The notes under the pieces are model-generated. The model ran no database searches. It was not told the DNA's origin and saw only the letters and a list, made by a program, of their open reading frames with translations. DNA of 64,000 nucleotides from a bacterium (GTDB lineage: Bacteria; J088; JAWLBW01): NCBI GenBank assembly GCA_041690355.1, contig JAWLHK010000005.1, forward strand, positions 1 through 64,000, in the 5' to 3' direction. Shown here piece by piece: positions 19,477 to 30,300 of this stretch. A program made the position numbers and the translations under genes. Positions within the stretch are counted from its first letter, which is position 1. Each line of letters starts with the position of its first letter.

Positions 19477-20118
19477 ATGAAAAAACTCTTCGCCGTCATC
19501 GGCCTCGGCAACTTCGGCTACTTCGCCGCCCGATCACTCTACGATCTCGGGCACGACGTGCTGGCCATGGACTCCGACGAGCGCAAAATCGAGCGCATCA
19601 AGAACGAGGTGACCGACGCCCGCGACGACGCGGTGCTCAAGGAATTCGTCGGTCCCCAGTACGACTCGGTCATCGTGAGCCTGGGGGGCAACATGGAGGC
19701 GAGCATCCTCTGCACCATGCACCTGCGCGACTTCGGCGTGAAGCACATCTACGTGAAGGCGCTGAACGACGATCACGCGCGCGTTCTGGCCCGCCTCGGC
19801 GCCAACGACGTCATCTTTCCCGAACGCGAAGCGGCGGCCCGCCTGGCGCAGCGCCTCAGCGTGCCGCACCTCATTGAGCAGATCCCGCTGGCTCCGGATT
19901 TCAGCATCAGCCAGCTCGAGACGCCGACCAGCTTCGTGAACCAGACCCTGAAGGATTTGCAGCTCCCCTCGCGCTTCGGCATTCAGGTCATTGCGGTCAA
20001 GGACATCCTCTCCGACAACTTCTTCATGGTTCCGCACGGCGAGTTCAAGCTCATGCCCGACAGCGCCCTCCTCGTCATCGGGCGGAATGAGGACCTCGCC
20101 CGCCTGGCGGTGGAATAG
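19477..20118 (+). CDS. ktrA: KtrA/TrkA potassium uptake regulatory subunit
   Basis: FAVIGLGNFG RCK_N, IFPERE, RCK_C; apparent short in-frame deletion (see findings). Confidence 0.9.
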   Translation: MKKLFAVIGLGNFGYFAARSLYDLGHDVLAMDSDERKIERIKNEVTDARDDAVLKEFVGPQYDSVIVSLGGNMEASILCTMHLRDFGVKHIYVKALNDDHARVLARLGANDVIFPEREAAARLAQRLSVPHLIEQIPLAPDFSISQLETPTSFVNQTLKDLQLPSRFGIQVIAVKDILSDNFFMVPHGEFKLMPDSALLVIGRNEDLARLAVE

Positions 20119-20139
20119 CGGAACCGGCACGATTCCCCC

Positions 20140-21294
20140 ATGGCCTACGCAAGCGCCGAACTGAGCACGCGCGGACTCGAACGCGTCCGCCGGGGTCACC
20201 CGTGGGTTTTCCGCGACGGGCTCGCGCGCCGGCTGCGGGCGGCGCCGGGGGAACCGGTGGAGCTGACGGATGCGCGCGGCGACCTCGTGGCCGTCGGCCT
20301 GGCCGATCCCGACAGCGAGCTGCCGGTGCGCGTCTTCGGCGGCCCCCGGGACCGCATCGACGCGCGCCTCTTTGGCATGCGGATTGAGCAGGCCGCGCGC
20401 CACCGCGACGCCTGGGGGGTGACCGCCGTGACCGACGCCTGGCGCTGGGTCAACGGAGAATCCGACCGGCTCCCCGGCTTCATACTCGATCTCTACGGAC
20501 GGGTGGCGGTACTCAAGCTCGACGGACCGTATGCCTCGTGGATTCCCCCGCTCGCCGATGCCCTCCGCGCGAGCGGCCGCGTCGACGCACTTCTATTCCG
20601 GGGAGCGGAACCGGAGGTCGTCTTCGGAACCGTTCCCGAGACGGTCGTCGTGACCGAGCACGGCGTGCGCATGGCGGCCGACCTGCGCGCCGGACAGAAA
20701 ACCGGGCTGTTCCTGGACCAGCGGGAAAACCGCGACTGGGTGCGCCGCCACGTGGACGCCAAGCGCGTGCTCAACCTCTTCTCGTACACGGGCGGCTTCT
20801 CGCTGGCGGCGCTCGCGGGGGGTGCCGCGCACGTGACGAGCGTCGACATCGCGGCGCCGGCCCTGGCCATGCTCGACCGCTCGCTGGTGGAAAACGGATT
20901 CGACCCGGGACGCCACCATGGCGCCGCCGAAGACTGCTACGCCTTTCTCCAATCCGCCGCCGCTCGAGGCGAACGGTGGGATGTCGTCGTCCTCGATCCC
21001 CCCTCGCTCACGCACAGCAAGGCGAACCTCGAGAACGCGCGCAAGGCCTACGAGCGGCTCAACATCGCGGCCCTCAAGGTTCTCGCGCCGGGCGGACTCT
21101 TCTGTACCGCCTCGTGTACCTCGCGCATCACGGCCGAGGATTTCCAGCAGATCGTGCGCGCGGCGGCCGGCAAGGCCCGCCGCACCCTGCAGGTCATCCG
21201 CGAAGCGGGCGCCGGCGCCGATCATCCGGTCCTGCTCACCTTTCCCGAAGGGCGCTACCTGAAGTTCCTGGGCCTCCAATCGATTGACGATTGA
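20140..21294 (+). CDS. RlmI-like class I SAM-dependent rRNA methyltransferase
   Basis: GHPWVF PUA domain, GESDRLPG, GQKTGLFLDQRENR, LNLFSYTGGF, LDPP, EGRYLK. Confidence 0.9.
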   Translation: MAYASAELSTRGLERVRRGHPWVFRDGLARRLRAAPGEPVELTDARGDLVAVGLADPDSELPVRVFGGPRDRIDARLFGMRIEQAARHRDAWGVTAVTDAWRWVNGESDRLPGFILDLYGRVAVLKLDGPYASWIPPLADALRASGRVDALLFRGAEPEVVFGTVPETVVVTEHGVRMAADLRAGQKTGLFLDQRENRDWVRRHVDAKRVLNLFSYTGGFSLAALAGGAAHVTSVDIAAPALAMLDRSLVENGFDPGRHHGAAEDCYAFLQSAAARGERWDVVVLDPPSLTHSKANLENARKAYERLNIAALKVLAPGGLFCTASCTSRITAEDFQQIVRAAAGKARRTLQVIREAGAGADHPVLLTFPEGRYLKFLGLQSIDD

Positions 21295-21535
21295 CAATTT
21301 ACGATTGACGATTGGGAAGCAAGGGGCCGGGAAAGTTCCGTTCGTGTCGAGCCGACGGCCGGGAACAGAGTGGACGGCGACGGCGAGACGGCGCCCATCG
21401 TGCTCCTCTCGCTGTCCGGCTCGCCCTGCTGCGCCCGGTCAGCTCGAGACGAACGGTTTCCGGCAAATCGTCAATCGTCAATCGTAAATTGTAAATCCGG
21501 GTAACTCGTCACTCGTAACTTGTCACTCGTCATTT
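21283..21535. repeat. MITE-like cassette: inverted heptamer arrays around an inverted REP-like doublet
   Basis: ATTGACG array on the left, CGTCAAT/CGTCACT arrays on the right; CCGTTCGT.TCGAGC inverted at 21338 and 21456. Confidence 0.75.
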
Positions 21536-21580
21536 GTGAACCCGCTTCCCCCCACGATTGTCCCGTCGTAGAATCGGGGG

Positions 21581-22945
21581 ATGATCGCTCCCCCCTGGTC
21601 CCGGTGGCTGCTGCTCGGCGCGCTCGTGCTCACGCCGCTCGCCTACGGCACGGTGCACCCCGTTCCGACCGCCCTGTTCATTCTCGGCGGAACGATCGGA
21701 TTCCTCGGAGTGCTGCTGCGCGCCTACCGCGCCGGAATCCCGCTCCCTGTACTGCGCGACCCCCTGTTCCGCATCGGAGGGCTCGGGGTCGCGCTCGGCA
21801 TCTTGCAGCTGATTCCCCTCCCCGCGGGCGTCCTCGCGGTGATCTCCCCCGGAACCTACCGCTGGACGGTGACCGAGCTGGCCGACATCGGCATCGAGCC
21901 GTGGTCCTGGCACCCGATTGCGGTCGTCCCCTGGTCGGCCGAGAACGGCACCGCCTGGCTGATCGCCCTCTGGTCCTGGTACGCCGTCGCAGCCACCGTG
22001 CTCGCCGATCGGCGCGTCGCACGAACGATGCTGCGCACGATGGCCGTCACCGGATTCGGGCTGGCCATTCTGGGCATCGTGCAGAAACTCACCGGCGCCC
22101 AGGCCATCTTCTTCGTCGGGTTGGAGCGCCCCGCCTTCTACGCCACGTTCGTGAACCCCAACAATGCGGCGACGTTTCTGCTCCTCGGCGCCCTGGCGGC
22201 GGCCGCCTGCGCGTGGCGCGCCCACCCCGAACGGCGCCTGCTCTGGTTCGCGGCGGCCGCGTTCACGGCGGGTTCCGCCGTCTTCAGCCTCTCGCGCGGC
22301 GGCATCGCCATGATTCCCTTCGCGCTTCTCCTGCTGGCCTGGCTGCGCTGGCGCAACCGGGGCGCGCAGCGCGAGACGACGCCGGCGGCCGTGGCGGCCC
22401 CGCTGGCGCTGCTCGCCGCGACCCTCTTCTTCGTGCTCTGGATCGGCCACACCGAGGTCTTCGGCGAACTGGCCACCCTGCAGGACGATCGCGGGCTGAA
22501 CGGCCGCACGACGATCTGGGCCGAGGCACTCGGGCGCATCTGGCCGGCATTTCCCCTCTTCGGGGTCGGCTACGGTAACTTCGCCCACGTCTACCCGGCT
22601 TATCAGGCGCATGCCGCGCCGGTGACCTACACGGCGCTCGAGAACGAATACCTGCACGCGCTTGTCGAAGGGGGGCTGGCCGGAGCGGCGCTCGCGGCCG
22701 CCGTCCTGTGGGTTCTGCTCCGCGGCCTGCTGCGCCCGGGGCGGCGGCCCGGCGACCTCCCCCTCGTGGCCGGCGTGGCGGCCTATCTCGTGCACATGCT
22801 CATCGACTTCCCCCTGCACCTGGGCGCCCCCGCGCTCTGGCTGCTGACTGCGACGGCCTTTCTGCGCCGCGAGTTCGATTCTGCACCCGCGGGGGCGAGC
22901 GGGGCCGCAAGCGCGGCGCCCGCCTTGGGAATTCCGGGCGGATAA
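21581..22945 (+). CDS. O-antigen ligase (Wzy_C) family membrane protein
   Basis: ATFVNPNNAA, SLSRGG, R.TIW, PLFGVGYGNF, ENEYLHALVEGG, DFPLH. Confidence 0.85.
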   Translation: MIAPPWSRWLLLGALVLTPLAYGTVHPVPTALFILGGTIGFLGVLLRAYRAGIPLPVLRDPLFRIGGLGVALGILQLIPLPAGVLAVISPGTYRWTVTELADIGIEPWSWHPIAVVPWSAENGTAWLIALWSWYAVAATVLADRRVARTMLRTMAVTGFGLAILGIVQKLTGAQAIFFVGLERPAFYATFVNPNNAATFLLLGALAAAACAWRAHPERRLLWFAAAAFTAGSAVFSLSRGGIAMIPFALLLLAWLRWRNRGAQRETTPAAVAAPLALLAATLFFVLWIGHTEVFGELATLQDDRGLNGRTTIWAEALGRIWPAFPLFGVGYGNFAHVYPAYQAHAAPVTYTALENEYLHALVEGGLAGAALAAAVLWVLLRGLLRPGRRPGDLPLVAGVAAYLVHMLIDFPLHLGAPALWLLTATAFLRREFDSAPAGASGAASAAPALGIPGG

Positions 22946-23032
22946 TCGCGCGGAACCCGCGTTGCCAAACCCGCCCCGGTCGGCTACGATCATGCTTTCG
23001 GTCGGTCCTTCACTCCCCCACCGGAAAGTCCG

Positions 23033-24025
23033 ATGCCCGACCTCTACGATGTCACGATAGTCGGAGCGGGTCCCGCCGGCCTCTACGCCGCCTATTATGC
23101 CGGGTTCCGCAAACTGCGGACGAAGATCATCGACTCGCTCGCCGAAGCGGGCGGGCAGATTACCGCGCTCTACGCCGAAAAGGGAATTTACGACGTGGCC
23201 GGGTTCACGGCCATTGCTGGCAAGGACCTCGTGCGTGCCCTCTGGGATCAGGCCCGCCAGTACGACCCCACCGTCTGCCTCGGCGAGCAGGCGACCGATC
23301 TGCGGCGCCGCGACGACGGCACCTGGCTGCTGACGACGGATAAGGGGGAACACGCGACGCGCACGTTGCTCCTCGCGAGCGGCATTGGTCTCTTCACGCC
23401 GCGCAAGCTCGGTAACCCCGTCTTCGAGGCCTTCGAGGGGAGCGGCCTGTCCTACGTCATGGAAGATCCTGAGGATTGCCGGGGGAAGCGCGTCGCCATC
23501 GTCGGCGGCGGCGATTCCGCGGTCGACTGGGCGAATCACCTGGCCGAGATTGCCGAGACGGTCTACGTCATTCACCGGCGCGACGAGTTCCGCGCCCACG
23601 AGGCGAGCGTCGACCGGATGCGCGCCCACGCGCAGCTCAAGACGCCCGGGCAGGTCAAGGAAATCCGGGGCGACGGCCAGATCGAAGAGATCGTGCTCGC
23701 CTACACCGACGGCGCGCCCGACGAGACGCTGCAGGTCGACATCCTGCTCGCCTTTCTCGGCTTCATCTCGAACCCGGGGCCCATCGCCGAGTGGGGCCTG
23801 GCCATGAACAAGCAGCACATCCTGATCAACCAGAAGTGCGAAACGAATCTGCCGGGGGTCTACGCCATCGGCGACTGCGCCGGATTCGAAGGCAAGCCCA
23901 AGCTCATCAGCGTCGGCTTCGGCGAGGCGGCGACGGCCGTGAACAACGCCGCCGTCTTTCTGGATCCCCGCAAGAACGTCTTTCCCGGCCACTCGAGCAA
24001 CCTCAAATCTCCCACCGGACTCTGA
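23033..24025 (+). CDS. Ferredoxin-NADP+ reductase (YumC/TrxR-type)
   Basis: GAGPAG, GGQITALYAEK.IYDVAG, GGGDSAVDWA, HRR..FRAH, KLISVGFGE, PGHSS; no CxxC. Confidence 0.9.
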   Translation: MPDLYDVTIVGAGPAGLYAAYYAGFRKLRTKIIDSLAEAGGQITALYAEKGIYDVAGFTAIAGKDLVRALWDQARQYDPTVCLGEQATDLRRRDDGTWLLTTDKGEHATRTLLLASGIGLFTPRKLGNPVFEAFEGSGLSYVMEDPEDCRGKRVAIVGGGDSAVDWANHLAEIAETVYVIHRRDEFRAHEASVDRMRAHAQLKTPGQVKEIRGDGQIEEIVLAYTDGAPDETLQVDILLAFLGFISNPGPIAEWGLAMNKQHILINQKCETNLPGVYAIGDCAGFEGKPKLISVGFGEAATAVNNAAVFLDPRKNVFPGHSSNLKSPTGL

Positions 24026-24193
24026 ATGCCCCACCTCTGCGCTTCCTGAGCCGCCCCTGAAGCGGACCGGCGAAAGTATCCCTCGGCGGAATTTCAACCG
24101 GCCCCCCGGCCCGTTCGGCCTGCGCTTGCGGAAGCGGCTGCCTTCCTCAGCCTCAGTTCGAATGCGTTACCCTTCTCTCGCACCGCGTTACCT

Positions 24194-25546
24194 ATGCAAT
24201 ACGAAAAGTTCGCCGATTTCATGATCAAGAACCTGCGCGTCTACGTGACCGACGCGCCCGGCTACCTCGGCCGGCTCACGCAGACGATCGGGACCCAGGG
24301 GGGCAACCTGGGCGATATCCGCCTGGTGAAACGCTCGGGGCGTTTCAACCTGCGTGACATGGAGATTTACGTACGCTCCGACGAGCACATGGAAGAGATC
24401 CTGCACGCCATCGGGCTCCTCGAAGGAATTCAGATCGACTCGGTCACCGACTCCGTTCTCGATCTGCACCGGGGCGGCAAGATCCGCATCGAAAGCCGCG
24501 TCCGCATCGAAAAGGCCGCCGACCTGCGCCGCATCTACACGCCGGGGGTCGCGACCGTCTGCCGCGCCATTCAGAACAACCCCGATGATGCGTGGAACTA
24601 CACGTACATCCCGAACACGGTCGCCATCGTCACGAACGGCACGGCCATCCTCGGCCTGGGCGACATCGGGCCGCTGGCCGGCATGCCGGTCATGGAAGGC
24701 AAGGCGGTGCTCTTTCAGCACCTGGTCGGCCTGAATGGCATTCCCATCCTGCTCGACGCCAAGGACGTCGAGACCTGCGTCGAAACGATCGTGCGCATCG
24801 CGCCGAGCTTCGGCGCCATCAAGCTCGAAGACTTCCGCGCGCCGGAATGTTTCGAAATCGAACGCCGGCTCATCGAACGCCTCGATAAGCCGGTCATGCA
24901 CGACGACCAGCACGGGACGGCCACGGTCGCCCTGGCCGCGCTGCTCAACGCGACCAAGTACGCCGGCGCGCAGCTCAAGAACGAAGCCGTGGGCATTGTC
25001 GGCCTGGGCGCGGCGGGCACCGGCATCGCACGCCTGCTCAAGTCCTACGGCGTGCGGCGCATCCTCGGGTCCGACATCAACGCGAGCGCCATGGAGCGGC
25101 TGCGCGAGATGGGCGGAGAACCGATGGAACTCAAGACACTCATGGAACACGCGACAGTGGTCGTCAGCACGACGGGCGTCCCGAACCTCATCAAGCCCGA
25201 GATGGTGCGCAAGCGGCAGATCATCCTCGCGCTCTCCAACCCGGATCCGGAGATCCGCCCCGAAGACGCCCTCAAGGCGGGGGCGGCCTTCGCGGCCGAC
25301 GGGCGCGGGGTGAACAACGCCCTCGCCTTCCCGGGTCTCTTCAAGGGGGCCCTGCAGGCGCGGGCCCGATCCATCAACAACCGCATGAAGATCGCGGCGG
25401 CCCAGGCCATCGCCCGCTTCGGCGACGGCGACCGCCAGGATCTGGTTCCCGCGCTCCTGAACCCCGATGTGCATCAGGCCGTCGCTTCGGCGGTCGAGCG
25501 CGCCGCCTTCGAGTCGGGCGCCGTGCGCACGGTGGCCGACATCTAG
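24194..25546 (+). CDS. NAD(P)-dependent malic enzyme with N-terminal ACT domain
   Basis: [48 protein letters not shown]. Confidence 0.93.
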   Translation: MQYEKFADFMIKNLRVYVTDAPGYLGRLTQTIGTQGGNLGDIRLVKRSGRFNLRDMEIYVRSDEHMEEILHAIGLLEGIQIDSVTDSVLDLHRGGKIRIESRVRIEKAADLRRIYTPGVATVCRAIQNNPDDAWNYTYIPNTVAIVTNGTAILGLGDIGPLAGMPVMEGKAVLFQHLVGLNGIPILLDAKDVETCVETIVRIAPSFGAIKLEDFRAPECFEIERRLIERLDKPVMHDDQHGTATVALAALLNATKYAGAQLKNEAVGIVGLGAAGTGIARLLKSYGVRRILGSDINASAMERLREMGGEPMELKTLMEHATVVVSTTGVPNLIKPEMVRKRQIILALSNPDPEIRPEDALKAGAAFAADGRGVNNALAFPGLFKGALQARARSINNRMKIAAAQAIARFGDGDRQDLVPALLNPDVHQAVASAVERAAFESGAVRTVADI

Positions 25547-25688
25547 GCACCCCCTGTCGCCCCCCGAAGGGGACCCGAAACCCGGTGGTCGTTGCGTTCT
25601 CGTGCGAGGACCCGCAGACTTGGCATTTCAGCGGTTTCTCAGTAACCTGTAGGAATTACCTTTTCTTTACCGTGCAGGAGCTTTTCCA

Positions 25689-26609
25689 ATGGCTATCCAG
25701 AAAATCGGAGTTGTAGGCAGCGGCACGATGGGCGCCGGCATCGCCCAGGTCACCGCCAAGGCCGGCTACCAGGTCGTCATCGCGCGCATTACGCAGGGTT
25801 CGACCGACGAAGTGCGCAAGCGCGTCGAATCGGGCTTCCTGCGCGACGTCAAGAAAGAAAAAATGACGGCCGAGCAGAAAGACGAGATCATGGCCCGCGT
25901 GACGGCCACCTCGAATCTGGAAGACCTGAAGGACTGCGATCTGATCATCGAATCGGTCATCGAAGACACCGCCACCAAGCAGGACCTTTTCAACAAGCTC
26001 GACGGCATCTGCAAGCCCGACGCCATCCTGGCCTCGAACACGAGCACCCTCTGCATTGCGGAGCTGCGCAAAGGGATCAAGCGGCAGTCCCGCTTCGCCG
26101 GCGTGCACTTCTTCAATCCGGTGCCGGCCATGAAGCTGGTCGAAATCATCCTGCCCCTCGGGGCCGAGGCCACCATCGGCGCCGACCTGCAGGCCTACGT
26201 CGAAAAGGTCGGCAAGGTGCCCGTCATGGTCAAGGACATGCCCGGCTACATCGTGAACCGCCTTCTGGTTCCGCAGCTGGTCGAGGCCATCCGTGCCTTC
26301 GAACAGGGAATCGCTTCGATGGTCGACCTCGACACGGCCATGAAGCTCGGCCTCGGGCACCCGATGGGCCCGCTCGCCCTGTCTGACCTCATCGGCCTCG
26401 ACGTGGTCATGGCCATGGCCGAGACCCTCTCGGGCGAGTTCCAGGACACCCGTTTCGCCCCCCCGCCGCTGCTCAAGCGCATGCTCCTTTCGGGCTACCT
26501 CGGCAAGAAGAGCGGCATGGGTTTCTACGACTACAGCGGCGACGTGCCGAAGCCGAACGAATGGCTCGCCGGCACGAGCACGCTCAAGAACACGCCGGCC
26601 GCGGTCTGA
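25689..26609 (+). CDS. 3-hydroxybutyryl/3-hydroxyacyl-CoA dehydrogenase
   Basis: GSGTMGAGIA, SNTS, HFFNPVP, PGYIVNRL, HPMGPL..D.IGLD, GFYDY. Confidence 0.93.
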   Translation: MAIQKIGVVGSGTMGAGIAQVTAKAGYQVVIARITQGSTDEVRKRVESGFLRDVKKEKMTAEQKDEIMARVTATSNLEDLKDCDLIIESVIEDTATKQDLFNKLDGICKPDAILASNTSTLCIAELRKGIKRQSRFAGVHFFNPVPAMKLVEIILPLGAEATIGADLQAYVEKVGKVPVMVKDMPGYIVNRLLVPQLVEAIRAFEQGIASMVDLDTAMKLGLGHPMGPLALSDLIGLDVVMAMAETLSGEFQDTRFAPPPLLKRMLLSGYLGKKSGMGFYDYSGDVPKPNEWLAGTSTLKNTPAAV

Positions 26610-26629
26610 CGCACGGCACATGCTTTCAG

Positions 26630-26657
26630 AAAGCCCCGCTTCGGCGGGGCTTTTTTT
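26630..26657 (+). terminator. Rho-independent terminator
   Basis: AAAGCCCCGC-TTCG-GCGGGGCTTTTTTT. Confidence 0.9.
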
Positions 26658-26813
26658 GTGCCCCGCATTCCTCTACGCCCCCACAGGCGCCTCGTCGGCA
26701 GCCGCCCCCGACGCGTCGCCGCGAGCGCGTCCGGGCGGCGACCCATCGCGGTTACACGCGGGGCAGAATCGCGCTAGTGGTGAAGGTCGAAACTAATTCG
26801 GTGGAGGAACACC

Positions 26814-27419
26814 ATGACCCGCATGAAACGAATGTTCGCCTTTCCGGCCGCACTCGGCCTTGCCGCGACGCTCGGCATCTCGGCGCCCGTCGATGCGCAG
26901 CAGCGCACCCAGCCCCAGGCAGAACAACAACGCAAGGACATGAAGAAGGAGTACAAGAAGGACAAGGAGATGTCGGCCGAGAAGTTCATCCAAGAGGCTT
27001 CGGTCGGCAACATGCTCGAGGTTCGCGTGGGTGAAATCGCGCGCGAGCGGGCTACCAACGAGCAGGCCAGGCAGCTGGCCGATCGGCTGGTGCGCGATCA
27101 CGGCCAGGCCCAGGACAACCTCGAGCAGGTCGCGCAGCAATTGAACATCGAAGTTCCCCAGCGGCTCGACCAGAAGGCGCAGCAGATGGTCGACAAGCTG
27201 AGTCAGACGCAGCCGAACCAATTCGATCAGCAGTTCGTGCAGATGGCGCTCGATGACCACCGCAAGGATCTGCAGAAGTATTCGAAGGCCATCACGCAGC
27301 TCGACAATGCAGATCTGCAGCGGTACGCCGCCGAGACCCTTTCGGTGCTCGGCGAACACTACGTCTTCGCCAGCGAGGCGAAGAAATCATTGCAGACGCA
27401 GCCGCGCGGCGGCGCCTGA
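26814..27419 (+). CDS. Secreted DUF4142 (ferritin-like) protein
   Basis: Signal peptide; F..EA..GN..EV...., DH......L, FD..F......DH, L..H pattern. Confidence 0.85.
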   Translation: MTRMKRMFAFPAALGLAATLGISAPVDAQQRTQPQAEQQRKDMKKEYKKDKEMSAEKFIQEASVGNMLEVRVGEIARERATNEQARQLADRLVRDHGQAQDNLEQVAQQLNIEVPQRLDQKAQQMVDKLSQTQPNQFDQQFVQMALDDHRKDLQKYSKAITQLDNADLQRYAAETLSVLGEHYVFASEAKKSLQTQPRGGA

Positions 27420-27526
27420 CCGACTCTACCGTCCTTTGTTCAACCGTGTGTACACCACGCCCCGACGTACATCCCCGCGCACGTCGGGGCGTCCTGTGCC
27501 CGCGCCATGCCCGCCCGCAGGCGGCG

Positions 27527-30214
27527 TCACGCCCGGCGGCGGCGCCGAAGCCACCAGGTGAGCTTGTGCAGCTCCATGATGGGCACAATCGTGGCTGCGA
27601 GCAGAATGACCGTCATCCAGCGATCGCTCGAGAGCGGCGCGGTACCCAGGATGTCCTGGAGAAACGGCAGATGCATTGCGACCAGGTGCAGCCCGAGCGC
27701 GCTGAGGACGCCGACCAGTAGGAGCGGGCTGCGCAGCGGCGAGAGCGAGAAGGCCGACTTGGTCTCCGAGCGGCTGTTGAAGACGTGGAAGTTCTCGAAG
27801 AGGACCATGAGCAGGAGCACGACGTTGCGCGCTTCGGGTTCGCTCCAGCCCTCGCGCAGCAGCCAGCCGTAGGTGGCAAAGGCGATGCCGCCCATGAGGG
27901 CCACCGAGAGCAGAATCCGCTCGTTCATCAGGCGGTTGAAAACCGACTCGCGCGGCGGCCGGGGTTTGCGCTGCAGCGTATCTCCCTCGCCCGGCTCGAA
28001 GGCCAGGGCCACCCCCTGAATCCCGTTCGTGACCAGATTCAGCCAGAGGAGCTGAACCGGAACCAGGATGATACCGAAACCCGCGATGACCGTAAGCAGT
28101 ACCATGAGCAGCTCGGCGGCCCCCGTCGAAAGGAGCAGAAACGTCACTTTGCGGATGTTGTCATAGGCGATGCGCCCTTCGTCGACGCCGGCGACGATGG
28201 TCGCGAAGTTATCGTCGCTGAGCACCAGCTCGGCCGCCTCGCGCGCGACATCGGTTCCCCCTCTGCCCATGGCGATGCCGATGTTGGCCTGCCGCAGGGC
28301 GGGCGCGTCGTTCACGCCGTCGCCCGTGACCGCCACATAATGCCCGGCGGCCTGGACGGCGCGCACGATGTCGAGCTTCTGCCGCGGGGCGACGCGCGCG
28401 AAGACACGCACCCGGGACGCGATTTCGCGCAGTTCATCCTCCGAACGGCCTTCCAGTTGATCGCCGGTAATGACCTCGCTTTCGCCGCCTGCAAAGCCGA
28501 GATCCCGGGCGATGGCAAGCGCGGTGACCCGGTGGTCGCCGGTAATCATGGTGACCTGAATCCCCGCGCGCCCGCAGGCCTCGACGGCCTCGCGAACGCC
28601 GGGACGCAGAGGGTCGATCATGCCCACCAGACCCAGAAAACGCAGCCCCGCCGGCTCCGGCGGGGCGTGATCGGGATGCAGGTCCGGCGGCCCGTCGCCA
28701 TCGGCGAGGGCGAGAATACGGTAGCCGGCGGCCGCGAGATCCAGGGCTTCGGCTTCGATGCGGCTGGCGTCCTCGGGATCGACGGTGCACATGGCGAGGA
28801 TCCGTTCGGGCGACCCCTTCACGCAGGCCAGCACGCCGGATGCGACGCGATGGAAGGTGGCCGCGTAGGCATGCTCCGATTCGAAGGGAATTTCGTTGAT
28901 CTGGGGAAACTGGTCGAGCAGCGTCTCGCGCTTGACGCCGACCTTCCAGCCGAGGGTCAGAAGCGAGACGTCGACGGAGTCGCCGCGCCACTGCCAGGCA
29001 AGGTCGCGGCGGTGCAGATCGGCCTCGTTGCAGAGGACCCCCGCACGCGCGAGCGCCTCGAGCAGCGGGAGGTCGGCGAGTTCGACCGGTTTCCCGTTCC
29101 GCGTAATGTCGCCCTCGGGAATGAAGCCCTCGCCGCCGACCTGTAGTCGGGTACCGTCGGTAAGGCGCACCTCGCGCACGGTCATTTCGTTGACGGTGAG
29201 CGTGCCGGTCTTGTCGGTGGCGATCTCGGTGCAGCTGCCGAGCCCTTCGACCGCCGTCAGCCGGCGCACGATGACCCCGCGCCGGGCCATGCGCGTCGTG
29301 GCCACCGCGAGCGCGACGGTCATGGCGACCGGAAGCCCTTCGGGAATGGCCGAGACGGCCAGGGCGACGACGAAGAGAAACATCTCGGAGAGTTCGTAGC
29401 GACCGAGCAGCACGGCCAGCAGCCCGATGACCGCCGAGGAGACGAGCGTGCCCACTGCAACCACGTTTGAAAATCGCTCCATGCGCACGAGAAGCGGCGG
29501 CTTTCCGCCGGTGGCCCCGGCCACGTCCAGGGCGAGCTGGCCGACGCTGGTGGCAAGCCCGGTAGCAACCACGAACCCCTTGGCCCGACCGCGGGTGACA
29601 ATCGAGCCGGCGTAGGTCATGTTGCCGCGGTCGCCGACGGGCGCGCGCGGCGGCCCCGTCCAGGCCGGATCCTTTTCGACGGCGACGCTTTCGCCCGTCA
29701 GGAGCGACTCGTCGATTTCGAGCCCGTGCACCTGCAGCAGCCGCAGATCAGCCGGGACGCGGTTCCCGGATTCGAGCCAGACGATGTCGCCGGGGACGAC
29801 CTCGTCGGCGGCGATGTCGCGCGCCTCGCCGTCGCGCAGGACCACGGCGCGGATCTGCAGGAGCTTGCGCAGGGCGAGGCTGCTCTGTTCGGCCTTCCAC
29901 TCCTGGTACGCGCCGATGACGGCATTGATGGCGAGCACGGCGGCGATGAAGCCGGCGTCCTTGAGATCGCCGAGAAATACCGACACGATGGCGGCGAAGA
30001 GCAGAATGTAGATGAGCGGGCTGTAGAACTGGCGCAGCGCGATCTTCCACAGCGGGGGCGCTTCCTGCTCGGGAAGCCGGTTCGGGCCGAAGCGTTCGAG
30101 GCGCGCCCGGGCCTCGCTCTCGGTGAGCCCGCGCTCGGAGGCCTGCAGGGCGGCGAAGACTTCTGAAAGCGGCCGCGCGTGCCAGGGTTCCTGTGGCTGG
30201 GGGGCAAGGGTCAT
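27527..30214 (-). CDS. P-type IIA cation (Ca2+)-transporting ATPase
   Basis: LTGES, IPEGLP, DKTGTLT, KGSPE, MITGDH, TGDGVNDAPAL. Confidence 0.95.
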   Translation of the reverse strand: MTLAPQPQEPWHARPLSEVFAALQASERGLTESEARARLERFGPNRLPEQEAPPLWKIALRQFYSPLIYILLFAAIVSVFLGDLKDAGFIAAVLAINAVIGAYQEWKAEQSSLALRKLLQIRAVVLRDGEARDIAADEVVPGDIVWLESGNRVPADLRLLQVHGLEIDESLLTGESVAVEKDPAWTGPPRAPVGDRGNMTYAGSIVTRGRAKGFVVATGLATSVGQLALDVAGATGGKPPLLVRMERFSNVVAVGTLVSSAVIGLLAVLLGRYELSEMFLFVVALAVSAIPEGLPVAMTVALAVATTRMARRGVIVRRLTAVEGLGSCTEIATDKTGTLTVNEMTVREVRLTDGTRLQVGGEGFIPEGDITRNGKPVELADLPLLEALARAGVLCNEADLHRRDLAWQWRGDSVDVSLLTLGWKVGVKRETLLDQFPQINEIPFESEHAYAATFHRVASGVLACVKGSPERILAMCTVDPEDASRIEAEALDLAAAGYRILALADGDGPPDLHPDHAPPEPAGLRFLGLVGMIDPLRPGVREAVEACGRAGIQVTMITGDHRVTALAIARDLGFAGGESEVITGDQLEGRSEDELREIASRVRVFARVAPRQKLDIVRAVQAAGHYVAVTGDGVNDAPALRQANIGIAMGRGGTDVAREAAELVLSDDNFATIVAGVDEGRIAYDNIRKVTFLLLSTGAAELLMVLLTVIAGFGIILVPVQLLWLNLVTNGIQGVALAFEPGEGDTLQRKPRPPRESVFNRLMNERILLSVALMGGIAFATYGWLLREGWSEPEARNVVLLLMVLFENFHVFNSRSETKSAFSLSPLRSPLLLVGVLSALGLHLVAMHLPFLQDILGTAPLSSDRWMTVILLAATIVPIMELHKLTWWLRRRRRA

Positions 30215-30300
30215 GGGATACGGAAGAAAAAGGCGGGGTTTCCTCCCATCGTATCCGGAAACGTCCCGTCGGGCAGCGGGGAACGCCGGAAATCGGACCG

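Noticed and set aside
21530-24097. 855-aa - strand ORF
   Set aside because: Antisense to the O-antigen ligase and FNR genes, which carry clear motifs
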